Origin: Octopus vulgaris
Taxonomy: Eukaryota
NCBI GenBank assembly: GCA_951406725.2
Contig: OX597815.1
Location: 201,872,001 to 201,936,000, forward strand
Direction: 5' to 3'
DNA length: 64,000 nucleotides
The notes under the pieces: model-generated
Seen by the model: only the letters and a program-made list of their open reading frames with translations
What the model was told of the DNA's origin: nothing
Databases searched by the model: none
Translations under genes and position numbers: made by a program
Shown: positions 1 through 14,557 of the stretch, piece after piece
Layout: every line of letters begins with the position of its first letter
How positions within the stretch are numbered: the first letter of the stretch is position 1

Positions 1-684
1 AAACACCTTCACTCGCTCATTATATTTCTCCTTCTCTGTGTTTCTCTCTCTCTCGCACACACACACACACACACAGACGTTCATTTCATATACACGTACA
101 TACGTGGTATTTTTACGGAATGACCGAGTGAAACGCAGAAAGAGGACAAGACAGAGAGACAAGAGAAAGAAAGAGAGACAGAAAACAAGTTTCTATAGAA
201 GTTGAAATACGGATAGTGGCTGAGAGACAGAGGCTGGTGCTTCATGCCCTATGTATGTTCTATAGTTGAAATTGAAAGAAAGCCAGCACGAAATGGATAC
301 TGTATAGGTAAAGGTGAAAGAAAGCGGCACAAATAGAGTGACAAAGCGGGAGGGAGGGGAACCCTGAGAACCCCAGAAATGAGGTCGTATCGTACAATTT
401 TAAGGTCATTTTCACTTTCCTCCCATGTTGCACGCATGCATAGAAGTAGTCATTATCTTTCTCTTTCAATTTGTCATTTTAATGTACGGAGACCATCTGA
501 TGTTAACACATTACAACTTCACTATAATTCCTTCTTTTGGAATTAAGAAAGGTATCCAAAAATAACTTCCTTTGGCACACACACATACATATACACACAC
601 ACATACACACACACATACAAACACGCACGCATACACACACACACACGCACGCACGCACGCACAGTGAATTAAAGTTCTGTATGA

Positions 685-1254
685 ATTATGTTACTTTTTG
701 CAGCACCATTATCCTTCTAAAAGCTAGGTTAATCAAAACACTGGTTTTGGCATTAAACTTTTGAAACATGTCCTAACAAATTTTACCAAATATATACAAT
801 TTATACCGAAATCCACGATGAAACACATCGTCTTGTTTTTGTATCGCTACCAGGGATGTCGGAAGAAATTTAAGTTAAAACCTTGTACGCTCTTGTAGAA
901 GCTCAGGGAATTGAAAATGACATATAAGAGGCGTGAACTGGCATGTTGAAATGCATGTTTACGAGTTTCTGGTTAAATTGCGGTACGATTCTGGTTAAAT
1001 TGGTACGTTTCTGTTTTTGCCATTTCTGCCAATGGACCCCGAGAAAAATTCAGCAACTGGGACTTACTCTTTTACTCTTTTACTTGTTTCAGTCATTTGA
1101 CTGCAGCCATGCTGGAGCACCGCCTTTAGTCGAGCAAATCGACCCCGGAACTTATTCTTTGTAAGCCCAGTACTTGTTCTATCGGTCTCTTTTGCCGAAC
1201 CGCTAAGTGACCGGGACATAAACACACCAGCATCGCTTGTCAGGCAATGCTAGA

Positions 1255-1304
<50 letters not shown>

Positions 1305-2235
1305 CATATATACGGCAGGCTTCTTTCAGTTTCCGTCTACCAAATCCACTCACAAGGCATTGGTCGGCCCGGGGTTATAGCAGAAGACACTTGCCCAAGA
1401 TGCCACGCAGTGGGACTGAACCCGGAACCATGTGGTTGGTTAGTAAGCTACTTACCACACAGCCACTCCTGCGCCTATGTAAATCTTATAAATCTTTTTA
1501 ATAGACTTTACTTTCTTTTGCCGAAAAGTGAACGCTTTGGCCTTTTTGCCTGTTGCTGTTGTACCAATAGGACTGCAATGCTTGAAACAAAGTACACGTG
1601 TAAATGTATTGGCGTTTATTGAAAAGATAGCATATACTTTTGTAAATGGAATGCTAAGACAAAATGGAAGACGGTCAAAGCCAAAATTTTCAATACCTGA
1701 ATGGAATTTTTACGAGTTCACACTTGATGGTAAAGCACGTACAATGAATTCTATTGAAGGACGGCATAGAAGATTTAGTGTTTTAAGATCGAATTCAAAT
1801 ATATATAATGTTGTTGATGTTCTAAGACGTGAAGAACAAATCATCAAACAAGATTATCTCATCTTACCGTAGGAGCAAGCCCCAAGACGAAAAGTACTAA
1901 AGAAGCAAGAAGAGAGAAAATGATACTACAAGTTGTTACCCATTAGCAGAATCGATCAATGGAAGATTACCTTCGTAGTATTGTGCATAATCAGGGTTCT
2001 TTTTAAATTTCAATTTCATTTTATTTTTATTCTAATAAATGCATAATCTAATTCAAGCTTATATATTACCCATATTTGTAATTTATTTATAAATTGATAT
2101 AATCAAACAAGTCTCGCTATAACTAACCTAAGTATCATTTTACCAAAATGTATTTAGACGAAATTGCTTTAAGGCCAAAATGTCTAAGACTAAAGTGGTT
2201 TAGACCGAAGTGTTTTATACCAAAGTGCCGCATGC
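685..2235 (+). pseudogene. Degenerate Mutator-like (MULE) transposase, interrupted by a SINE
   Basis: Fragments translate as KHWFWH*TFETCPNKFYQIYTI (W.DGTF..P..F.Q.YT motif), CFCHFCQWTPRKIQQLGL (CxxH motif) and ALAFLP...WNFY...RTMNSIEGRH (RTNN..EGWH motif). Stops and frameshifts are present. Short GACxAAxTG-like tandem units at 2150-2230 resemble MULE subterminal repeats. Confidence 0.85.
1063..1479 (-). mobile_element. tRNA-derived CORE-type SINE (octopus OR2-like)
   Basis: Minus strand has an A box (TGGCTGTGTGG), a B box (GGTTCAGTCCC), a CORE-like CTTGGGCAAGTG, an internal (TA)/(TG) tract and a (GAGTAAAA)n tail. Several homologous copies occur in the window. Confidence 0.9.
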
Positions 2236-2243
2236 ACACTCAC

Positions 2244-2245
<2 letters not shown>

Positions 2246-2323
<78 letters not shown>

Positions 2324-2374
2324 TATAATATATATATACATAATATATATATATATACATATATTTATACATAC

Positions 2375-2410
<36 letters not shown>

Positions 2411-2440
2411 ATACATATATATACATAATATATATAATTC
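2246..2440. repeat. (TA)n microsatellite, representative of dozens of (TA)n, (CA)n, (TATC)n and (TACA)n tracts
   Basis: Seen directly in sequence. Confidence 0.98.
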
Positions 2441-3190
2441 TGTCCAACTGTATACAAGCACATGTGTGTGCATGCATGTACATACTTATAAATTTATGAA
2501 CATATGCCCCTAATTGTATTTGGCAGTTCTCAAATTGAAAAAGGCACATATTTCCTATTTTCGGGAAAACTATAATTCTCACAAACGCAATAGGCTCACT
2601 GCATTTATTATGCAAGTGTAAAAAGATATTCAAATTCACATTCCATCTCACACATACGTTTAACACTTCATGTATTGTCTTCAAATATTTTAAAGTTCGT
2701 AATATTGCTCTTTTTTTTACCCGAATATATGTTTTTTTTAATTTTTAGAAACAATGGTTTTCTTATACCAAGGTACGTATTATTCCATTAGAGCTCATCA
2801 CACCTGGCAATTATGTTTTCGCACCTCATAAACCCCCAATAATTTTCCTAAAATGCAGTTAATCTTACCAAAAAATTTTACAGCGAAACACATATTTCAT
2901 CTACGTAAACAAGCTGAAAAATAAACTAATTAAGCCCCATTATATATTTTCTATTTTCTCTACCTGTCAGCAATTCTCATCATTTTTGCTACTTTTCTTT
3001 ATGTAATGCATTTTCTCCTGTCGTTTTTATTATCCTCAATATAATGGTTGAAGGGCTTCTTTCTTATACTGTAAGGCTCATATGCAGATATGATTCTTTC
3101 ACACCAAACTGAAGTAGATGCTGCTCAAACTTTCAAAGTAACTTTCCAGTTATTGAAATTAAAATTACTGTTTGTTTGTTTTTGTTTGTT

Positions 3191-3265
<75 letters not shown>

Positions 3266-3267
3266 TG

Positions 3268-3512
3268 AAAAGTTTGCTGCCGAACCATATGGTTCTGGGT
3301 TCATTCCCATTGTGTGACATATTGGGCAAAAGTCTTCTACAATAGCCGCTGGCCGACCAAAGCCTTGGAAATCCGAAACTAAAAGAAGTCCGTCGTAAAT
3401 ATTTATATATAATTATATGTGTGTGTGTCTCTTTGCGTGCGTGGGTCTGTAATTGTTCCCCGACACTGCTTGATACCCAATGTTGGTGTATTTTCATCCT
3501 CGTAATTTAGTT
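3268..3512 (+). mobile_element. Degenerate OR2-like SINE
   Basis: Homologous to 1063-1479 (ggccgaccaaagccttg, gaaactaaaagaagtccgtcg). Confidence 0.75.
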
Positions 3513-5644
3513 CCTCGCTGACCACATGGTAAAAATAATTAATTATTATTATTATTATAACTAGTTCCTATTATACAGGTAAACTGTTACTTAATTTAAA
3601 TGTAAATCCTGTGTATATGTACATCTATGTTGTATCGAAACACGTGTTGTGGTCAAGAGAGAGAGTTTCTATGTTTTATCTTTCATTTGTTATATGTGTG
3701 TGCATACGTGCGTGTGTCTGCTCGCGCACCCCAAACTATCCGGTGTTTTCTACAGAAAATATTTAGGCTTTAAACTCTAACATAATGAAATTGTGTATTT
3801 AAGTTATGAAAACTTGTGTCAATGAAACACGGAACACTTGCTAAACTAAATTTGCTTTACTTTTTTTTTTTTTATTCAATGTAAAGTAATTTATTCAGGT
3901 TTCTGTTGTTTATATCTGGTGTTTCGATACGGAACGTTGTAGCAAAATTTCAGTGGTATCTATAAGTTCTATTGATAATCTGTAAAGATAATCATAATAA
4001 AATAATGTAAGAGCACTGCCAACCAATAGAAAATGGTACTGACTTATGAAATTAATTATAGTTCTGTAAACCCAAAGTTCATTTAAGTTATTTTTCACTA
4101 TTTCACCTTAAACCCTGAATCAAATCCAAAATTGAACTCTTAGACTCTTACTAACAACTCCTATGCTTTAACTATAACCATAAAACTTAATATAAGCCAA
4201 ATTATTATTCTAAAATCGTTATCCCCTTTCGAAAATCTGATAATTCTAGAAAGTATTATAAATATGGAATCATTACACAATTAAGGTACGATGTGACGGA
4301 GAAATTGAAATAAATGTAATTGGGCTAAACCCTTAAGTAGAACGAATGTATATGCTTATCTTCCATGTTGATTGCCAGTGCCCGTAGAAATGACCAGCCG
4401 TCATCGTTGGACTCTGCAGAATCGAACAGCGCCTGACATCTCATCGTACACTGTAATACTCTTTCATCAATTATTTGCATCATCTCTAGGATTTCATATT
4501 CGTCTCCGTCAAACCTATTTAAGAGAAGAGTATTTTAATGCTCGTCTATTGAACCGAGATATTCAATCAAAATTCGGAAATATAAATTTACTAAGGGTAC
4601 TTAGACCAAAATTGTGCCAAATAATGCTTGGGACGCAGATGTATGAAATAATGCCTGTTGTAAATACTCTCTGATCTCCGAGCTACACATCTTGAATAAC
4701 GTTACCTAGTGATACTTCGAATGAAACAAATTTTTGGCATCTTATATTCACGATCATATTCTTCCATACAGTACCCTACACCACAACACTAACTGTGGAT
4801 AAGAAAGAGAACCTAATTGAAAATAGCAACTTTGCCTTTTTTATTATATTTTCTTTTCTAATGATTGAATACTGAAGCTAACGCATTACTGAGCCAGCCT
4901 GTGCAGCTTTATCATTAATGATATATAAGACGGTGCCTATTGATGTTTATGGATTATCACAGAAGTTTCCATCGCTATATCTCTAGCTAATATAAAAAGG
5001 TAATTCTGAACAAATGAAAATACAAAACACACAATTAAAATAATAATAAAGTGCGATGCATTTTATCATACATGTCATTAGGTGCATTTGAAGTAAAGCT
5101 AATATCTATAAGTTTAACTTTTATATTAATACACAGAATAAAAGATGATGTCTTTATAGAGTTACTTTTCTTTTCATCATTTCATGTTACCTAAAGTTTT
5201 ATAATTATCATTAGTGTTGTACATATAAACGAATAAAAGAATACATAAAGACAAATGAATGACAAATACATTCAAACACATAAACATAGGCACGATTGTA
5301 CATACAAATATAACATGCATGCATTCACATATGCATTCATAAATATATATGCAAGCGTATGATTCTTTGTGATTACCTTCTATCTATATCCTCCAGTCCT
5401 TAGCTACTTCAAACGGTAATACTCAGTACAGTAATAATGATTTCTTTTGATATTTGGTTTTCTGATGAAGTATTTCGTTTGAAAAATAAGAAAAGATATC
5501 CCACGACAATACCCCAACAGATGAAATATTGCAATATACTGACATTGAAAATATTGGTAAATGCTACGTGGAAATTTAAACACAGTAGATATTTAGAATT
5601 AATTATGGATATATACATATATATATATATATATAACCGAAGAG

Positions 5645-5705
5645 AGATAACCGAAGAGATGTCGTAGATTCCCACTTCGGCATCTGAAACTCAGAGTTTT
5701 ATCTT
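5645..5705 (+). ncRNA. Minimal type-I hammerhead ribozyme-like motif (U4C core)
   Basis: AGAUAA-CCGAAGA-GAUGUCG/CGGCAUC(U)-GAAA-CUCAGAG-UU-UUAUCU. Stem I is 6 bp, stem II is 7 bp and stem III is quasi-palindromic. Confidence 0.65.
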
Positions 5706-6534
5706 GACTATCGAGTAATGTAACATATTATTGTATAGATATATATATATAGATATATAGATATATATGACATATTTTGCTTATGTTCTGCATAATTACT
5801 TACATTCGAATCGAATATGGATGAAAATTTTAAGATTTCGACAAATTACATTTTCTAACACTTTCAAACACATACACACACTGATACATACAAATAAACA
5901 CACACACACACACACACATACGTTCACACGCAGAAGTATATATTATCTCACGCTCACACGCGCGCACACAATCACGCACACACATACGTAAATTCATACA
6001 TAAATACATATATATATATATATATGTGTGTGTGCGTGCGCGCGCAGTATGTTTATGTGAGGGGTGGTGGCTTAAATCTTTGATTAGGGAACAGAAGTTA
6101 TCTTTTTCTTACGTTCCCTTGTCATTACTCCCTGGCGCACATTTCTTCGCCTAACGTTTTATTCTAATGCATATATGTACTTACTTCTAAGAGGTGATAA
6201 GTATCGGTATTCTTCTGCTATATATATGTGTGTGTGTATACATGTAAAGAGAAATAGAGAGGGAGAGGGAGAAAAGTGAGAAGGAGAGAGAAGGCGAGAG
6301 AGAGAGATAAGTGAACTTTAATCAGTTAAAATATGATTGTAACCTATTTTAACTGCAGTCATCACAGAGAAAATTTCTCTCGTATGGTATAAATGTGTTG
6401 GAACAACTTAAGTCACCAGTGCTATACGCTGTCGGATTTATAAATGGAAAATACTGAAGAGAGGCAACTCTGGACAGACTTAATTACAGATAGAGAGTTA
6501 CATGCATTCATACATACATATATACATACATACA

Positions 6535-6807
6535 TCTTTATATATAAAAGTCAAGTTGAGTGTCTGTCTCTTACGATTTTGCGGTGCAGTTTAACCAAAA
6601 GCGGGTATCTTATAGTCGTGATTCATATCGAGCCCTTCTGGGTATTAGCGCGCGTCTACGATGAGTCTACGATTGAAAAAAAAATTACCATAATTTTTCC
6701 CATTTTTAATGCATTTTTTGGCTATTATATAAGGGAAGTAACTCTCTAAAAATGCTTATATAGTTATTTCCCTTACAAACCCGAGCAACGCCAGGAGATA
6801 CTGCTAA
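6535..6807 (+). mobile_element. Non-autonomous Helitron
   Basis: Starts A|TCTTTATATATAAAAG and ends with hairpin CCCGAGCAACGCCAGG plus CTAA (degenerate CTAG). Near-identical to 36274-36669. Confidence 0.8.
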
Positions 6808-7757
6808 AATATATATAAAATTAAAGTCGTGGCACATGAAATTGAAGAACGCCACAAGTGAGAATTAGAAATTGTGTCACAAATCAACATGATTTGTGCC
6901 ATACTTTACAAGGAAGCATGATTGAAGGGAACTTCACTGGCGTTTTGTAATCTACAAATCGAATGGTTGCGAAATTGGCGTTATATCAAAATAAATACAA
7001 AATTATGGATTATATGGTGTTGAAGCAAGGTTTGATTAAGTGATTTTTACTTATAACATCATACACGCAGTTACGTAAGATGCGTGACGTCTATAATATT
7101 ATGTAATACATTGCATTTCGGTTCTCACATCCTAAAATGACACCATAACGCAAGCCAATTGTCGATACGCCGTTAGAGTTACAAGTCCAAAAACATATGA
7201 ATATCCAAAGCAATGAATACAAATGGTAAAATATGGAAGTGAGCAAGAGTATAATTGTTCAATCAGAATTGTAGGTAATTCAATTAGTGTGTCAGTGAAA
7301 TTGGCAACAAAAATTGTGAGTGAGACGTTAGACAAGTTGTGAGTGACCAAATGTAATTGAGTAGAGCAAAGATCATATGAACAGATGAAAAGTCCAATGG
7401 CATATCTTAACAGTGTTTTTCAACCTAACGACTTCACATGAAACGAGAGACTAATAATGAGAATCCATTTTCAACAAATATTGGCGCCACATAACTAACC
7501 TGACTCCGTCAATGCTTTGAATTAAGCATTTGCATATCTACATGAAAGGATATGTGCTACATATTTTCTATTCTTCAAGCTATTTGTGCGTATTTCTCAC
7601 CTATTGCAATCGTTGCTTTCAATACATAAACATATCGTTTTCATCCGGACCAACCAGTTATCAAGTTCACAAAGAATAAATATTATATACTAGCAAATAG
7701 TAAATTAAGGAAGACAATAAGCCAACACGTAAGCTGTAGCACACACACACACACACG

Positions 7758-8235
<478 letters not shown>

Positions 8236-8432
8236 TATATATATTGAAGAAGTAAACGATAACTATTGCAATTTTCTAAAGGGAAAATAATCACAAAATA
8301 ATTTCATTTAGTATTTTACAACAATCTATAGATGAGGATTGTAAATGCAATTTTTTTTTACCTTTTTCTGTATTTCAATTAATAAGAGCCTCTCCACTAG
8401 CACGTTAACATTTATCCCTCTCTATCCCTCTT

Positions 8433-8503
<71 letters not shown>

Positions 8504-9284
8504 ACTTGGTTTTTGGGGGTTTCGGGACGGTCATTTTATTTTTTTTCCAATTAAACATACGCACTATATATTCGTTCTTCACTCGTTTATTACTGTTATT
8601 ATTTTAACCCATGTCCGTCATCCGGAAATCGTTCCCAATACATCTGTGGCCCTCGTGCGTGCTCTTGTTCCGCTTACTCCATTCTTTCAATACAAACATA
8701 TATGTATATATATACAGCTAGAGAGAGAGATACATATGTATGTGTGTATTTATGTATGAATGAATGCATGTATGTGTGCGTTTATGCACTGTTGCGTCAA
8801 CAGTGCTCCTACATTATTTTGCTCAGATTATTTCTACAGATAAACTATATAACTCATAACTAGCACTGATTTTTGCTACAACGTTCCGTCTCGAAACGCT
8901 AAATGTAAATAATGTGATCGGAGACAAAAATGGGTAATGAGTGTATATGCTATAAGGGGTTGTTGCCCCTTCTTCAGCACTCATCTTACCCCCCATTGCC
9001 TCCGAACACATTGCTTATATAGACACTGCATAAAGTGGTGTTAAGTTATTGGATGCATTAACAGCGCTGTATGCGGTGGTGGATATATAATGTATAGCAA
9101 ATGTGTATTGAAAATATAGGTGCATAGTTTGAATAATAAAACTATTGTATTTATAAAACATTTCCAAACATTTTTCTGTTCTAAAAATTTCGTACTTGAC
9201 GACCTAATAAGAAGTTAAAACAAAATTATTGTTACTCTTGTTTCTGTAATTCATTAAAATAAAAGCAGGGCCAGACAAATTACA

Positions 9285-9640
9285 TAATTTTTCGACTTAG
9301 TCTTCTTGCTTTTCGATGAACTTCTTGAAGTTGTCCACAAGCTTGCTTATTCCATCAATGAAGAAAACGTTCGACTTGTCAGGAGGGATTTATTCACTGT
9401 TCTCTGCGTTTCTTCATCCGTATGATGTTTCAGTGGTCCAAATACGTGAATGTTCGGAAGGTTCAAGATCTGTGAGCAGGGTGATCTAGCAGCCCGAAGC
9501 CCAATTTTGCAATGCTTTCAATGTTGTGGATGGTCATATCTGGACATTGTTGTGCAACAATAACAATTACTTCGACAATAGGCCTCAGCATTCACTGCAA
9601 ATTTCTGGTTTCACTTCGTTAGCCAGCGTTTCACTGTGGG
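9285..9640 (-). pseudogene. Mariner transposase remnant
   Basis: Minus-strand fragments LLLLHNNV (LLHDNA), DHP..DLEPS..HVFGPLK and FFIDGISKLVDNFKKFIEKQED*VEK match the mariner C-terminus. Confidence 0.8.
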
Positions 9641-10857
9641 GGAAAACTGTACTTCTTTATATATGTTCATTCATAACCTAAAACAAAACTCAGCTGTATA
9701 CAATCTAAAATGGTCCATCATTGCCCATGCCAAACGGTATAACGGTTACAACAAAACCAATTTTTGCATCGCACAATGAACGTATGCAAATGTGCGCGGG
9801 AACACCATTGTTAAGTAGTAAGCTACCAATTTAAGCCTGACTGCTACGTTCCCCTAATGGTTACAACTCCAATCTCCTTTACGTTCTTTTATCTTGTCTT
9901 GTCTCCGACTAAATCCACCTTACTTCCACTCCTAAACACTTCTTCCTTAACTTTTCTTCTTATTGTTCACCATTTCACTTCTAAAAGATTTTTAATTTTC
10001 TATTTCTTCTGTATAGATTTATACGCATGGGTTTGACAATATATTCATTTACCATTTACATAGTTAAGTGATCCCAGCTCAATATTCACAACGACCTTCT
10101 CCTAAAGTCATTATTTATCTAACCTAAATTACTCCTCATCTCTTTCCCTTTCCTTTTCTTTATTTTCAGCAAATTTAGTCAAGTGTACATTCCCAAAGGT
10201 GTGACGTCTTCCTTCAAATAAATTATCGACTATTTTATTTCTGCATATAACTGGGTTTTTCATTATTTTGTTTTGTCTTTTACTCCGTAATTCCAGCTTC
10301 ATCACTCAATTCAAAGTAAACCTCCGGCGAGTTTATTCCACCCACAGGGAAATGAGGATTATTACTTTGATAAACCCACCTTAGATAACTTCCTCCTAGC
10401 TATATAATAGAGTATTCTATATGCGAAATATTTACACGGGAATAAGAATAATAAGTAGAAGTTCAGAGCAAGTCAATATATGAATTACTCAGGAAGTATG
10501 TGAAATATGAAATATTTAAAATGAATGAAACTAGTTGTATTTGGGGTAGTGAAGTTATTCCAGGAATGAAGGTAAAGAAATAATCAAGGAAAATTGGAGG
10601 GAAAGTACAAGTTTTTAACGGAATATAGAGGGAAACTAGTTCATTCAGGAATATTGCCCATGTGAACTCTTAGCATCGCCAAACTAGTTGATAGTTAACT
10701 AAAAATATTTTCTAAGCAAATATTAGGCAAAGCTAGAACTAATTCTTGTTTATTATTTAATTGGTATTTAGACGTCAAAGTGTAGAATAGATACACCTAC
10801 CTACTCATTAATTACTACACCTTACGTACGGATGTGTATGTGGGTGGGTGTGCTCGC

Positions 10858-10975
10858 GTCTGCTGATTCTTTCACCACAACTTTCTCTCACTCTTTCCTC
10901 CTGCATCTTGCAGCTCACCTGCGACGGACCGGCGTCCCGTACAGGCCAAGGAAACCGGGAAACCGGCCCTAAATC
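10858..10975 (+). mobile_element. Partial Meta-domain-like SINE
   Basis: ACCTGCGACGGACCGGCGTCCCGT...GGAAACCGG; inverted homologue of part of 11128-11422. Confidence 0.7.
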
Positions 10976-11127
10976 ATGCTCATCCACACGCGAGCATACA
11001 CTTACCTGTAAATTACATGTAAATTACAAAGCTGACGACCCCCTTTGTCAACTGTTAAATCATTTTCGGAAATCATCTTTCGATATTTTGATACCAAGCA
11101 TCATTGTTGTTACTGGGGAATATCTTT

Positions 11128-11422
11128 GTTTGTTCCTTCTCGAGCCATACCTGGCTCACAAGGGCCGGTTTCCTTGGCGTATAGGTTACCCGCCTGGACG
11201 GGACGCCGGTCCGTCGCAGGTGAACTGCAAGATGCTGGAGGAAAGAGTCAGAGGAAGTTGTGGCGAAAGAATCAGCAGAAGTTCGCCATTACTTTCTGCC
11301 GGAGCTGCGTGGAGTTTAGATGTTTCGCTTATAAACACACACATCCCCCGGTCTGAGATTCCAACTCGCGATCCCTCGACCGCAAGTCCGCTGCTCTAAC
11401 CACTAGGCCATGTGCCTCCACT
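11128..11422 (-). mobile_element. tRNA-derived SINE with a Meta-like domain
   Basis: Minus-strand head TGGCCTAGTGGTTAGAGCAGCGGACT...GAGTTGGAATCTC. The body CCTGCGACGGACCGGCGTCCCGTCCAGG...GGAAACCGG resembles the MetaSINE domain. Confidence 0.8.
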
Positions 11423-11584
11423 GGTATTATCTTGGTTATATGGCTCTCCAATATAGAATTCTGAAGCATCTATCAAGCTATTTATGTATATGCGTATACA
11501 TATCTATACAAACAGACACACACACGGAAACACACACACACACGGCCATGACTAATTCAATAGAAACACTGGAATAATTTTTTA

Positions 11585-12100
11585 GTTTAATATTTCGGAA
11601 CACCATTGAACACTCCAGCAGAGAGTTGTTGTTGGTTGAAACGTATCCAGGTGTAGGTGGTTTATCCGGTATTTTCTAGAGGAATTTTTTCCATGTACCG
11701 TCTGAAAGTTGTGGGGTGTTTATCTACTTTAATTTTTTTGTGGAATAACATTGAAAAGAGCAGGACCATTTGCAGAGAAGAAATTGCGTCGCAATGTTCT
11801 TATGTGATGTGATCTCGACCTTTGTAGAGGGCGCATTCATGAGGGCCTAGTCTTGGGTGAATTGTAAGCATAATACGTTAACATTTGGATAATACTGGTG
11901 GAATATTTTCGACGTGGTACAAATAATGTATCGCTCAGCCCTTTCTTCAGCCTGCCCGGTTAGCTTGAATGGCATGAAGTCATTGTGTTTTTGTTCATCC
12001 TCTAAATGACGGTCGCTTAGGTGGGTCTCAGTTAGGATAAAGAAATGGATTGGATGTGAGTGTAATTATAAATCTGTTACTCGTAATTTCTACATAAGCG
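11585..12100 (-). pseudogene. Internally deleted CR1/L2-group LINE ORF2 remnant
   Basis: APE motif FILTETHL is joined to C-terminal motifs ERYII...HPRLGP...RNFFSANGPALFNVIP...KIPDKPPTPGY...NSL. Confidence 0.75.
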
Positions 12101-12610
12101 AAATCTATACTAATCTCTTACAGTATATCCATCAATGTTATTTGGAGCAATCTTATATAAAGCTGTGCCGTTTATATTTGGAATAATGACTATATTAAAC
12201 GAAATTAAAATTACGAGCTAATGTTATCCATTGTTTTCGTTTGCATCATCTATTTTATTAATTTCAAGTTTCATATGAATATGACAATTGAATCAAATTA
12301 TGGTATGACTTTGTAATATATCATTATTAGCTGCCTAGGATGATGCACATACAATATTGAACAGGCAATAGTTCTTCCTTGTGAAGCTTCAAAATGCTCA
12401 AATATATTCATTTTAAAGAATCATTGCGAAAATTTAAGTACATTATTAAAATAAGTGTGTATATGTATTTCAGTTTATTTGTTACAGAAACTTATTATTG
12501 CTTTCGTTGCTTTCTACTGTTAACGACTTACAGAGAAACATAATTCTACTTCGTATATGTTGTTCATATTGAATATATTCGCTTTTAGTACACTGATCTC
12601 TCTCTACCCC

Positions 12611-12711
<101 letters not shown>

Positions 12712-12743
12712 TCTATTAATCAAACTATCTATCGGTCTGTCTG

Positions 12744-12832
<89 letters not shown>

Positions 12833-12858
12833 ATATATATATATATATATACATACAT

Positions 12859-12901
<43 letters not shown>

Positions 12902-13433
12902 AATACATATACACACATACACATAATCACATTTACGTATATATACAAAGAATTGCGTTTATATGTATGTGTGCGTGTGCGTGTGTGCGTGTGTGCGCGC
13001 GTGTGTGTGTACGTATAAATGCGTTGATGTTATATCCACCTTGTAACGTCTTATAGTAATTATTAGTGGCGCATAATGTTTGTTGTTACAAATCCTTTTC
13101 AATCAGGTAATTCGCATTATTAAAAATGTGTAACTAACGGTCGTCAACCATGCTTCATGAATAAGAAATGAAATTACTCTGCTGTATCTCCGGGATGCCA
13201 GAAACGGCTGTTTGGCTTATAACACTTTTTTATAACATCCCCCACCCACTTAATTTTCTCTATCGTTTATACTCTGTGCAAGTTTGATCTGCTAATGTAA
13301 ATATCTATGTACGTTTACATAGATATGCATTGTCTGAAAATTTTCGGTCTTTGCTTTTTGTCTGTTTGCATTTATATATGTGGATATGTGTGTGTTTGCA
13401 TGTGTGTATGTATATATTATATATATATATATA

Positions 13434-13728
13434 TCACGTGACCGACCAGACCATCAGATGTTGTTACACATCGCTGGTCACAATGCGTTCGCATTGTTTT
13501 AGCCTTCGAATGACGCCACCCCGCTGGCTAAGCGAGCAGGCCAACTGAAGAAAGAGTGAGAGAAAGAGTGGTGAAGAAGTACAGCAGGGATCACCACCCC
13601 CTGCCGGAGCCTCGTGGAGCTTTTAGGTGTTTTTGCTCAATAAACACACACAACGCCCGGTCTGGGAATCGAAACCGCGATCCTACGACCGCAAGTCCGC
13701 TGCCCTAACCACTAGGCCATTGCGCCTC
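13434..13728 (-). mobile_element. tRNA-derived SINE (OR1-like); same head as 11128-11422 but a different 3' body
   Basis: Head TGGCCTAGTGGTTAGGGCAGCGGACTTGCGG...GGTTTCGATTCCC; shared AAGCTCCACG..GCTCCGGCAG segment. Confidence 0.85.
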
Positions 13729-13729
13729 G

Positions 13730-13789
<60 letters not shown>

Positions 13790-13959
13790 GTGTGTGTGTG
13801 TGTGTATGTATATATATACATGCTTAACTTTAAAGCGTCTCTTCAGACTCCAATGAGTGATGGCCTATAATATCTCATCAAAATGAAGGTAGAAAAGACC
13901 GCTGGGAAACTTGTTAAACACACAGACAAAAGGGAGGGGTTAAACACTAGGCATTGTCT

Positions 13960-14052
13960 TACTGTAGTTGGGAAACCTGCCCCTCCTATCAATCCGGGAA
14001 TCGAACTCAGTACTTCGTGATTGTGAACCTGGCGCTGTAACCACTGAAACAT
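13960..14052 (-). mobile_element. Degenerate tRNA-like SINE head
   Basis: A-box-like CAGTGGTT and B box GAGTTCGATTCCC on the minus strand. Confidence 0.5.
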
Positions 14053-14114
14053 GATTTTTATATGTATGTTTGTGTGTGCGTGTGTGTATATATATACTTA
14101 TATATATATATATA

Positions 14115-14148
<34 letters not shown>

Positions 14149-14174
14149 TACATACATACATTCATATATATATT

Positions 14175-14557
14175 AAATTTACAGAAAACAAAAGATGATG
14201 ACAGATGAGGGGACAAAAAGCCGGTCTATTAGTTTATGGCTTCAGAAGAATCGAAATGCCCATTAACAATTTTTGCCTACGCTCTTCGACAGAAAAGATT
14301 AAGAGGAAGATTTAGAGAGAGAACGAAAATAACGGGGTGCGAATAAAATGTATAGGGATGAACGGTTTAACATGACGAAATGACCGTAGCCACTACACAT
14401 CCTTTATTTTCTCTCCTTGTTTCTTTCTATGTTTCCTTCTGCAGAAGAGCGTAGTCTCGAAATTTTAAAGACCTTTTCGCTTCCCGATCGTTAAACTAAT
14501 ACATCTGTTTGTTGTCTACACCACCTGTCTTGGTCTTCTTTTTTTGTTGTGAATTCT

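Noticed and set aside
2148-2684. [12 protein letters not shown] and CVCV ORFs here and throughout the window
   Set aside because: They are translations of stop-free microsatellites.
10848-11399. 183-aa ORF
   Set aside because: It spans two inverted SINE pieces and has no protein motif.
13655-13728. tRNA gene
   Set aside because: It continues directly into a SINE body and lacks a proper acceptor stem and terminator; it is a SINE head.
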